A stretch of 64,000 nt of DNA from Oopsacas minuta (Eukaryota; Animalia; Porifera): positions 6,015-70,014 of the forward strand of contig JAKMXF010000346.1 of NCBI GenBank assembly GCA_024704765.1. The letters run 5' to 3'. Positions 28,068 through 39,275 of this stretch are shown piece by piece. A program made the position numbers and the translations under genes. Each line of letters begins with the position of its first letter. The first letter of the stretch is position 1. A model generated the notes under the pieces. That model was not told where the DNA came from. It saw only the letters and a program-made list of their open reading frames with translations, and did no database searches.

Positions 28068-28220
28068 GTATATGCCCAACTTCCCGTCCCCTTGTAATAC
28101 ATTTTGATATGATTTCTCAGAAGCTTATTCGTAGTCTTAACAATTTGCATATATAGTTATATTTACGATTACGTCACATTGGTTATAGTTATCATATCAA
28201 AATGTATTACAGGGGGGGGG
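28068..28220. repeat. Short MITE family copy 3
   Basis: CCCCTTGTAATACATTTTGATATGA ... TCATATCAAAATGTATTACAGGGG. Confidence 0.65.
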
Positions 28221-28568
28221 TTTACGTTACACGGAGCTTTACAAGCTCTCAAACAATGGCAGATTTTACGCACTAAATATTACTAGATAAATATTTTGGC
28301 GAATTCCTGAAATATTATCGCACATACTTGTTGATAAATTTGTTGTTCTACAAATATATAGTACAGACCCTCGTAATATATCCCTCGGTCGAAAACAACA
28401 TTCCTAGTGTAAAATTCACAATATTTCCTGTTTCATGTGAGAAAATCTGACTGAATTAGCAGTTACCTATGGATCCTCCTTGTATAATAACACATTTCTC
28501 TTGTCTAACTTTAATTGGAAGCGATATTTTGACTTTGTCAACATAAAGTGGAAAGGTGTGAATACCAC

Positions 28569-31500
28569 TAGCGTTCGGCCGGGACCGGGAACGGGAGTAC
28601 AACATTTCACCGGGACCGGGACTCAAACCTGGATTGAAGTAGATCAATTGATTGCTCTTCCAATAGAAAGTTGTTCCCATCGGGCCACTACACCCAGTAA
28701 ATGTTACTTAGTCCATAGGGTGAAGAATCGCACGATAGTAAAGTTCCACTCAATATCGCATTGTTGATGTTGTATTGCAAAAACACTGTCAACAATCAAA
28801 ACCTATTTATTAACCAATTAGATTCTATCAATCAAATTTCCCCAGTTAGTCAGCCTTTGGCTTCTTACCAATATGATCATAGGAATTAGGAATTATACAA
28901 GTACAGGGTGGCTCATAATTTCTGTGGCATTTATGTTAACCCATTTATATATTCAAAATGTACTATTCATGTTTGATGTTCTAATTAGACTAACACTATA
29001 TGCTAATAATATGCTAGAAATAGCCACTATTCTATATACCCTCTCCTCTTCTCAATTACAGCCTTTAATGTGCGAGAGAAGGCCTCAACCGCAGCACGCA
29101 GTGTTTCTTGAGGTATTTTAACCCATTCTCTCCTCAACGACACCTTAAGAGATTCTACATTGGTGTGGGCCTTAGCACAAGCCTTTATCTCCAAAATCAA
29201 CCAGATAGAGTAATCCATTGGATTCAAATCGGGGCTGTATGGGGGGCATTCGTCTTTGGGAATAAAATCGGGAATATTCTCTTTTAACCATGCCTGAGTG
29301 GCTTTGGAGGTGTGGGCAGGCGCACCGTCCTGTTGAAATAGAAATGACTCTCCAGAAAACATGGACTGGCTTAGATCTTTCAGTACAGGTTCTAATATCA
29401 GTTCGCGATATGAAATTGAATTAATTTTAGCCCCTGGTGGGACAAATATCAGGGATGTCCGACCAATTACCAAAATTCCAGCCAAACCATAACAGATTGT
29501 GGTTTTTGAACTCGTCCGATGTAATGCAGCTCGTCTGGGATTGCTTGAGAACTAGTTGCTATTATTCTCTCATTTTTGAGCATTGTTAGCTTCATCTATT
29601 GTAAATAATTTCTCGTCAGAAATAGAATGTTGTTTGTCCCGTAAACAGCGTGCCGCTTTAGCAGACCCTTACTCCTAAGTCTCTTTCCCATGATCTTACT
29701 AGAAAGGAAGTGCACTGTCTTCCTTTTGAATGATCTCATTCCTAATTGATTTTTAACGATTCTTTGGACAGATCGATGGGATATTTTGAGGACTGATGCC
29801 ATTTTACGCATTGATCGTCGGGGATTTCTCCGAATTTGTTCCCGCACCGCCTTTCGCACCTTTGGAGTCACAGCAGAACACGGACGACCAGTCCTCGCCA
29901 TATCTTCAACTTTTCCAGTCTCCAAATATCTCTTAATGGCCCTAGTAATAAACATCCTTCTTCCCCTGGGCATTTGAGCATTTTAGCAATTTCCCTTGGT
30001 TTATGTCCCGCCTGAAATAATTTAATCACAGCACACCTATCCCTTTCCATAAGCAATTCAACACTGAAATTAAATATATTTGAAAACTACCTATGAAATA
30101 CTATTATTGAATATCTAGTAATGATATTCATTTGATAATACTATTGTTGCAGCATTAGAAATGAAAATTTACTAATTAGACAAAATGTCACAGAACTTAT
30201 GAGCCACCCTGTACTTATTGATGGTGCAATTTCTTACATTTCATGACTCACACTGAAGTGACTGAACCCTATTTTATGCTATCTTGTTTGAAACGTATTT
30301 AAGTATCTTATCGATGGTGAGTAAGCGTCTCAGATGGAGTATATGGTCCTATTTCACTGTGGATCCCACTAGTCCATCTATTGCTAATTGTATGGATTTG
30401 GGTACAAAAATACCAAGGTCCGTCGAAAAAAAGACTTCTCGACTAAAGCCCTTTGGATCCATTTAAATAATCGGCACAAAGAAGATTATGATAGTGTCAA
30501 ATATGAGCAAATTGCGACTGTTGCAACAAAACTAGCAAAGATAGTTGAAAAGGGACATAAAAAGAGATGTAATCACTCTCAAAAACACAATTAACATTAC
30601 CAGAAACTAATAACCGATCGAGTAAATGGAATCCAGATAGACCTGGACAGATTTTCGGTGAAAACTATTGGTGCAGTTGTTGTGTGATGGTTTTTTGCCA
30701 TATTCAACGGTCAACAATGATTAGTTCCAGAAATTGATTTCTCATTTAAATATAAGGTTTATTGGTCCATCAGAAAATAATATTCGACAAAAACTGATTC
30801 CCAACTTGTATAGACTAGTACAATACATGATAAAAGTCTCTCGACGAGAATGATGTCGCAGTATACTCCATAGCAACAGATATCTAATTTAGCAAAAGAC
30901 AACGATCCTTTATTAGTTTTACAATATACTATAGCAATTCAATTGGCAGAAGAAGATACAAACCTACAATGTATCCCTTACGATAGTACACATACTGGAG
31001 AAAGCATGGCTGTGGTCTTGTCAGGAATTAGAAAAAGTTGGTGTCTTCAAAATGTCCATTGCCTTGTCAGAAACAATGCAGCTAACTTAGTGAAAGCCTC
31101 AGATATTGCAAATCAACTGTCGGTTGGTTGCATGTGCCACATCCTCCGTCTCATTGTGAAACATGGAATATTTGAACAAAGTGGTGTGATGCTGATGAAA
31201 CAACGCCTCAAAAACTCTTAAAATACTCTGCAAACCAAAGGCAAATAGTATTTTGAGAAAAATCCAGCCAGAAATGGGTATTCCTGAAAAGTCTTTTATT
31301 ATTTGTGTGCAAATCGTATGGAATAGCGACTATTTGACGTTGGAAAGGGCTTTGGAACTAAAAATTGTGATTAAAGCCGCTGACGATGATGCTCAACTAA
31401 AATATCCACATATTGCTGGGATATTATGCCAAAAAGTAATGATACTCCTTAAACCTATTTACACTGCTACTTTGTTGGTGAAGTGATCAAGCTTTCAATT

Positions 31501-32616
31501 TTAGATATCATTCCATCACAAAACAATTGAGAATGGAACTCGAACAGGTACATGAATTTGGAACAGGCGCGTTGAGAAGTAAATTATTAGAAAACATCCA
31601 CAACTATTTAGTGGGCAGCGATTTCAGAGCCCATTTTGTCAACTTTGAAACAAGCGATGTTCACACATTTGCAACTCTACTGAATCTACGATGCAGGGGT
31701 TGTTTTTCCAAAAGACAGAAAATGCTGAAAGTGCTAAACAAAGGCTTAAATGTGTTGCCAAAGACTTTCTAGATTCAAGGAACTCCGAAGTAACTGATCC
31801 TACCCCAACAGTTTTGATCCGGTTGAGGATGAGGGCAATGAGCCTAGATCATGTTCATGAGAAGACTGTGTTCTCAGTGAGGATGACGGAGATGCAAGTG
31901 TGCAAGGAAAAAGTGATACTGAGAAAGAATTACTGTGTATTTCTCAGACTGTGGAAGAACACCCATTGATGGAGACTGTCTTATGTTTTGGAAAGTAAGT
32001 GAAAACAGTTTCCAATCTTAAGTTTCTTGGCAAAAACAAATCTTTGCCCACAAGCGAGCTCGTCTACATCAGAAAGAGTATTTAGTATAGCTGGAATAAT
32101 CACAAACAATGGACGAATCAGGCTACTCCCTACAAACACTGAAAATTACTATTTCTAAACTACAATCCGCGAGCTATTGGTTGGGATACTCAGATGTCAC
32201 AACTACAGGAATCATTCAGTCAACCTAATGAATTTATCATCGAAATGAAGGAGGCATACCAGGATGGTTACAATTATCAAGTGGCAAATGAAAGCAGTGA
32301 CAGTTAAGAAAGTGACAATGAATTGATACTTTTCGTTAGTTTAGTTGTCTTAGTAGAACATAATTCATAATTCACATGTTGGTTAAACATAGATTCCCAT
32401 CCATAATAATATACAAGTTTAAACTGATATCGCCCTCCATTTTATAAATACTCAGTCACAACACTTCACAATATCTAGTAAAATTTCAATTATACAAAAA
32501 TATTTCTCGTTCTATGTGCATGTATTCATTAGCAACTTTTGAGTTGTTCATTTCCGGGTAGGAATCCCGGAAAAAATATGGATATTTCCCGGGACCGGGA
32601 CTAAAACCGGAACATA
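28569..32616 (+). mobile_element. hAT-Ac / ZBED-like element (BED finger + hAT transposase), decayed, with nested maT
   Basis: BED finger SIWSYFTV...C...ALWIHLNNRH (~30330-30480), VRNNAANLVKA, CMCHILRLIV, WNSDYLTLER, and C-terminal SSTSERVFSIAG. CCGGGACCGGGA motifs occur at both ends. No TSD was recovered, so the ends are approximate. Confidence 0.75.
28904..30211 (-). mobile_element. DD37D (maT/mori-like) element, frameshifted
   Basis: TIRs CAGGGTGGCTCATAATTTCTGTG and CAGAACTTATGAGCCACCCTG, TA-flanked. FQQDGAPAH...PDLNPMD has a 37-residue spacer. Confidence 0.92.
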
Positions 32617-35600
32617 GTCGATTACTAAGTTCCACATAACTCACATTTCACAAATATTTTTGGTGAGGCAATATAATCAATCGACTCCCAATAGATGACT
32701 TCCTATCCAACAATAATTTGTTTTCGTAATACAACTTTAGTGGATTGGAAGATATCAATATAACACGATGGACCCAAGTTCCAGGACCTAAACTGTCCAG
32801 TCCACAGTCCTTTGTTATTGTAGTCTATGGTCGGATTGTAGATTGTTAATTTGTTCCCCCCAACAGTGTATATTGGCAATCTCCCTAATGTCTTGTATTT
32901 GTTTGTATTCATTTCTGCTTTTAGGTCCTGATTCTAAAAACGCTAGGATATACCATTTTGTTATTTCCACCATTTCCCAACATTCCATCATGTCCACCAT
33001 TCTTCACCACATTTTCAAATCTACAACATTCTACCAATTCTGCGAAAATACAGAAGTTACTCCATTTTTCACCATTTCCCCCCTATCCACCCAAGGGCTG
33101 CGCTAGCTTCATTTCTCCGGCGGGGTACAAGGGGAGCTAAACAACCAAGAGGGGCCAACCTAGTTTAAAATAGAGTTACAAATGGGCCGCCCGACAGGCC
33201 AGGCCCTAATACTTATATACATACTTTTAGATATAGCGTCCCCAAAATAATGAAAAATAATTTATAGTCACCACTTACAATATTTGAATGAAATGTGTCT
33301 GGGAATTTCCCCTTGAATAATCCAACAGAAAAATATGGCACCAGAGTGCTAAATCACGGATTTAGGATTATATTTATACGCAAAGTGTATATATTTATAT
33401 TTTGACACCTGAATACTCTAGAATATTTAATATTTACTTATGGCGAACTTTCGTCCCTACCTCCAATAAGAGGATGTGCATTAATAGGCCTCCTGGGCCA
33501 GATCACCTTAGCCAGGATCCAGATTGCTTTAATGCAACCAATTCTTGCTAATTTCCCTACCACAGATCGTTGTAGGTTTCAGCCCACCTGGTATGAAAAA
33601 CATGATTGCCTGGAATACTCACTGAATCGAAACGCTCTCTACTGTTTCCCCTGCCGCCACTTTGGCCTCTCCACGCAGACAGTATTTAGGTCTACATGTA
33701 TGTCAAATTTTAATAAGGAGTCAGAAAAATAAGAGAACATGGACAAAGCGAGCCCCATAAGTTTGCAATAACCAAGTGGGTGGGACTTATGAAGAGTACT
33801 GGCTCCTCAGTTGTGTCAAAACTTGATTCAGAGCACGCTAAACTCGTTAAGGAAAACAGACCTACCTAAGTTACATAATTAAGGTAAGTTTCAGGTACTG
33901 TATTTATTCTTGCACAATTTCACAATTTCACCTTAATTTTAGGTTGTTTTGTAGTGCGCCAAGCAAGGTATAGGTTTGAGAGGTCATAGAGAAACTACTG
34001 ATGAAGATGATCCGAGCAAAAACCGCGGAAATTTCCTTGCATTCTGAGATTTGAAAGTTAGTATGATCCTATCGTTAATACTCGCCATTCTGATGGCTCT
34101 AATTCCGCTAAGTATACTCGCCATTCCATTCAAGACGACATCATGTGAGGTGCTGTGGCACTAATAACGGAAGGAATTGCTAGTGACATCGAATTTGCTC
34201 GATTTTGTCAATACAAGCAGATGAAACTCGTGATATTTCAAAGGTAGAGCAGCTCTCAGTGGTGATACGCTATCTGAAAGAAGGAATAATTAAGGAAAGC
34301 TTCTTGGGTTTTAAGGTTAGTCATTTTAAATAAGAACAGTGTAGGTAAGAATAGATTTTATATTGTTTCAATATATCTTTAGGCTTGCAGTGATCTTTCA
34401 GCCCATGGACTCTACCAGTGTATCATCGAGACCCTTCAAAAAACAATGATGTGCCATTTGACTTATGTATTGCCCAATGTTACGACGGGGCGTCTGTAAT
34501 GTCAGGTGCCTCAACTGGTGTTTAGAAACGTATCAAAGAGAAATGTCCCGGGTGATCTACGTTCACTGTTTTGCATACAGATTGAATCTTGTAGTGGTGG
34601 ATATTTCACGTGGAGTAGGGAGGATATCTGATATGTTTGGTATGCTACAGTTGCTCCACAACTTTCTCTCATCAAGCGTGGTACATGTGAGGTACCTAGT
34701 AGCTCAGAAATTTTTCCAGCCTAACTCTAGAACCAGAGAAATTCCAAGTCTGTCCTATACTCGATGGATCTGTCGCCAAGAAGCAACCGAAGTGGTTTTG
34801 TGTACACTTCCGGCTATTACGTCTGCGATTGATGAGTTCGCAGAAGAAGTTGGCAACAGGGGTAACAACGCTAGGATACTATTATCCCAGATCACCTCAT
34901 GTTTCGTTACACAGTGGCTTTGAATGGCTATCCGTAGGCTTTAGGGTCTTGGGTACATTTAAAGTGCATAAAATGTATTATGTATCTATGGGTTATTGGA
35001 TATAACTAGTAGATTGACAACAAAATATTTTTGGTATGGCTTCTATTTTTTGAGTTGTGAAGACGTAAGCAAAATTTGCGAAACATATAAACCAGCGTAA
35101 ATCTATTTAGGTTGGAGATAGGGGTATACAATATATTATTTACTAATGGGTAATCACTATTTATAGTAGATTGACCAGATTGAGTATTTATATGGCTTCT
35201 ATTATTCTTGTTATGATGACGTAAGCAAAATTATAAAAGTTGAATTCCTGAAATATCTGTGTTATTTCAGGTATTTAGGTAAAGAGTTTACACTAAATTA
35301 TGCACCAAGGGTAAAGTGTCTAGATTATCAAAATAACTTTCTTTTTGCTGTATATTATTATGGCAATAACAATTTTATGTATGAAGCGAAAAAATTGAAA
35401 TTTTGGATTTTTAGGGTGACTTGGACATTTTGCGTGTTCTTAATACCTGACGGTTAGTTATCCTGTAAATTTAAATAAAACTATTGTAGCCTTATTGCGA
35501 CCCAAGTGTTTGTCCTGGCATGGACTCCTCAGTTGCGTCGCCTTATCCACAATACACTTCAGATGGATCAGAGTTACTTAACGTTTTCGCCACTGGGGAT

Positions 35601-36981
35601 ATGCCGTTGCGGGTCGCGTTTCCATTATCTGGGCTCGCCATGATTGGGATTGCGTTGCGCTGAATAGCCTCGGACAGAGGTCCCCACAAGGTTCAATGTA
35701 CCTTGCCTTTGAGCGCTTTCGAAAACTATTTGTATGAAAGTTGAAGATAGAAAGCAAGACGCTACTCAAATATTAAAGAATTTAATAGTATGTCTTGATC
35801 GATAGTCTGGTAAAGCAAATTTGTACATTTCACCCTGCAGGTGTGTCCGATTCCTCCACATTCCTTACACTTAAGGACATTGCGAAAACCTATCAGAACT
35901 GGATCGCTTTGGCTCAACAGACGGACAAATATATCTCTGGAATTTGTTGTGAATGAAATTTTCCTCGCAAGATGTTCACGATATCTTCGGATTAATTTAT
36001 TGAAGCCTCCACTGTTTCTTCAGAGAAATTCTTTAATCCAAATCCTCCATTACAATCTCGAATTAGTTCAGTGGAGTGAGCAAGTAGACGATGGAGAGAT
36101 GGAGTAACATTTGCCCGAGGAAAGTTAGAGAGTATCGATTCATAGGTGTCCCTACAAAGAGAATTCAGTTTGTCTGTATCTAGCATGATTACAGTTGAAG
36201 ATACGCAATAGAACTGATAAATTACTATGCAAAATATTAATTGGCTCTCTCATATCTTCTGAAATCAAAGTGGAAACCCAATAAATAAAGTTATTTTTAT
36301 TGAGAAAACACTGTCTTGCCATATTTCCAGTTGAAGTTGTTCCTCCATCACTGGATGGTTGATCGATTCTCAGCCCTGTTTTCTCGCATAAGAACTCCCG
36401 GGTAAATTTCATTGAATCCTTTATCACTCTAGAAGTTGGCAACCATTTAAAAGTACCTGAACGCATGTGGTATATAAGAAGCATAAACCAACGAAAGACA
36501 CAAGTATAGGTATGTAGTGGAGATGCTGGTATTATATCAATCTCAGATATGGGTTCGTGTGTTAAACCACAACGATCTTTCGAAGGTAGTAATAAATAGT
36601 TTTCTGTGTCCACAATAGAGAATATTTCCTTTGCTGAAGTTATCGTCCTGTTGATAGGAAACCCTGATCGGACAAGTTCTAAATCTGTTAATTCTGCAAA
36701 ACTTGCAGTACAAAGTTGGCAACTTGCACCACCTGCTCCACTCAGAATACCAGATATTTTCCCATCAAACATTGTTCGGAGAATTTTAACTCTAACATTA
36801 CCATATGGTAGCTCTAGTCCGTCATTTTCAATGTTAGTCACCTCAGGATTGACCATAAGATCCATTGAGAATTTAGTATTCTTTTCGTTTTCCTTTTGAG
36901 CTACTAATGTTATTGGCCTGACACAAAATGGTGAATTAGGAATTTGGTTTGACCAAAGGGCATTTCCATCAGAATCAATAA

Positions 36982-39275
36982 CACAGCCCTGCGGAAAAAA
37001 AAATTTTATTTGCTGATTGTTATTGCAAAACATTTTCTAATCCACATTTTAATACTGATTTTGAATAATTTTGTAAAATATACGTATCACGTCTAGTTTT
37101 TTTGCAAAATTATTTTTAAATATTGGTATATTTATCGATGAATGCATGATACCTCTACAAGTAAAATAGTGAAAATCTGCCATTTATAAATTTTTATTGA
37201 TAATATAATCTTAGTTAATAAATGATTTGAATATATTAGTCTGAATCAGGAGTAAATTTCCGTTTTTTTGACATTCTAGCATGAATAACATCAATACAAT
37301 CTCTCTTGAGGCACCAGCAGTAATCAGCCATCATATGAACGTCCCACCTCCCCTGATATCGTGTTTCCATTGTTTTTATGTCTTGGTGGAATCGTTCACC
37401 TTGCTCCTCGGAAACAGCTCCAAGATTCTCTGGAAAATAGTCAATATGACTGTGAAGAAAGTGAACTTTTACACTCATATTGCAGCCGAGATTCTTGTAA
37501 GATTCAATCAACTCATTCACAAGTATTTTATAATTAGGAGATTTCGTATTTCCCAATAAGTTTTTCATGACATCTACAAATGCATTCCATGCACATTTTT
37601 CTTTGCATATCATAGAATTTGAAAAATTATCATCTCGAACAAGTTGTCTTATCTGAGGACCGTCGAATATACCGGCTTTTCTTTTTTCATCACTTAGGTA
37701 GTAAAATTTCTCGGTAATATATTTGAAACAATTTCCTTCTTTATCTAATGCCCTTACAAACTGTTTCATCAATCCTAATTTTATATGAAGTGGTGGAAGC
37801 AAAATCTTGAGAGGATCCACTAGAGGCTCGTGAATAATGTTCTTATCTCCAACATTAAGATTGGTTCTAGCTGGCCAGCTCTGTCTAGAATAGTGTTCGC
37901 TCTTTGCACGACTGTCCCATAAGCATAAAAAACAAAGGTATTTTGTATATCCTGATTGCTGTCCCAAAAGAATGCATATGATTTTTAAGTCACCACAGAT
38001 TACCCAATTGTGCTGGTTATAATTAATTTTATGGAGCACAATTTTCATGTTATCATATCGTTCCTTTAAACTTACTGAATGTCCAATTGGTATGGAACTA
38101 AATTTGTTGCCATTATGAAGTAGAACACATTTCAAACTTTGTTTTGAACTATCAATAAAGAGTCTCCGATCATTAGGTACATACGGACATCCAAGAGCAT
38201 TAACTAGCGGTGAAACATCATGACAAAACACAAATCCGTCTTCCATTATGAAATATTTCAAAAATTCGATCTCTCTGTTCCTATATGAGTAAAATTTTGT
38301 TTCTGGGAGAAGCAAGTTTTTTTCTTTTAGCCTAGAACCTAACAACTCCGCAGATTCTTTAGGTAAATCTAAATCACGTACCAAATCATTTAATTCAGAC
38401 TGATTAAATAACTGTGGAGAATTAGAACGAGATAATACATACGGAATAAAATCCTCATCTTCTCTAATTAATGAATCTCTAGTTTCACAATCATCAATTT
38501 CCGAGATAACATCCAAATTAGTAAATTTTGGAACAGGTACATCAATAGAATGGGGAACGGGTCGTATTGCTGAATGTAAATTTGGATACTTGATCAATGA
38601 CTTGGTTTTAGCATTGAATCCGGAAATATTCGCCATACAAAAGTAACAATCGCTAATGTGATTTTGTGGCTCTCTCCATATCATTGGAATTCCAAAACTT
38701 AAACTCTTTCTGATTCCTTTTGTCCATTGTCTCAAATTTTCTACACAAGATCGGCACACTGTATGTGGAGCACATGTTTTGTCTTGATCACCTAATCTCA
38801 TTCCAAAATATTCTAAATATGCTTTTTTAACAAATCCTGTTATTGCCGTAGTTTGTTTAGAAGTCATAAAACTCCCACAAATATAACAAAAGACGTCTGG
38901 ATCATTACTGCACCTTCTCCGATAAGCCATATGATAATAAAATATCAAAATAGTAGACTATAGTACGATAAAGCTGTATATAACAAAAATAAAAATAAAA
39001 AAATTATGTAGAAAAGAATGGAGTTAAAGGGACTAATTAGAAAATGCAATAAAGCACGCATCTGTTTATTTCAAAAGACAAAATTCACACAAGTATCAAA
39101 TATAATCATTTATTCTAGGGAAGTGTACTTAAAAAAATCGACTTACATTAAAATGACATTTGAGTAAAAACGAGACGTGATAGGGGAATTCTGATGACAG
39201 ATTGAGAATCAGCATACTCAAGTTAACTAAAAACAACCCATGGATAATCATCAGCAAATTTGACGCAGGGCAGTG
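36982..39275 (-). mobile_element. Chapaev3-like DNA transposon, full length (2294 bp)
   Basis: Ends CACAGCCCTGCG (36982) and CGCAGGGCAGTG (39275); TSD TAA at 36979-36981 and 39276-39278. Excision rejoins the Transib ORF in frame (KMLSIIDSDGNALWS). Confidence 0.92.
37236..38930 (-). CDS. Chapaev3-like transposase, uninterrupted ORF (~564 aa from MAYRRRC)
   Basis: N-terminal Cys/His clusters (C..FCYIC, H..C..C, H..DCYFC), LFIDSS, ICGDLK, PPLHIKLGLMKQF, GIFDGPQIR and SEEQGERFHQD; no stops or frameshifts. Confidence 0.88.
   Translation of the reverse strand: MAYRRRCSNDPDVFCYICGSFMTSKQTTAITGFVKKAYLEYFGMRLGDQDKTCAPHTVCRSCVENLRQWTKGIRKSLSFGIPMIWREPQNHISDCYFCMANISGFNAKTKSLIKYPNLHSAIRPVPHSIDVPVPKFTNLDVISEIDDCETRDSLIREDEDFIPYVLSRSNSPQLFNQSELNDLVRDLDLPKESAELLGSRLKEKNLLLPETKFYSYRNREIEFLKYFIMEDGFVFCHDVSPLVNALGCPYVPNDRRLFIDSSKQSLKCVLLHNGNKFSSIPIGHSVSLKERYDNMKIVLHKINYNQHNWVICGDLKIICILLGQQSGYTKYLCFLCLWDSRAKSEHYSRQSWPARTNLNVGDKNIIHEPLVDPLKILLPPLHIKLGLMKQFVRALDKEGNCFKYITEKFYYLSDEKRKAGIFDGPQIRQLVRDDNFSNSMICKEKCAWNAFVDVMKNLLGNTKSPNYKILVNELIESYKNLGCNMSVKVHFLHSHIDYFPENLGAVSEEQGERFHQDIKTMETRYQGRWDVHMMADYCWCLKRDCIDVIHARMSKKRKFTPDSD

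Noticed and set aside
35841-36899. Plus-strand ORFs (35841, 36606; likewise 37281, 39568, 60771, 62078) opposite transposases
   Set aside because: They are antisense shadows of codon-biased transposase sequence with no independent motifs.
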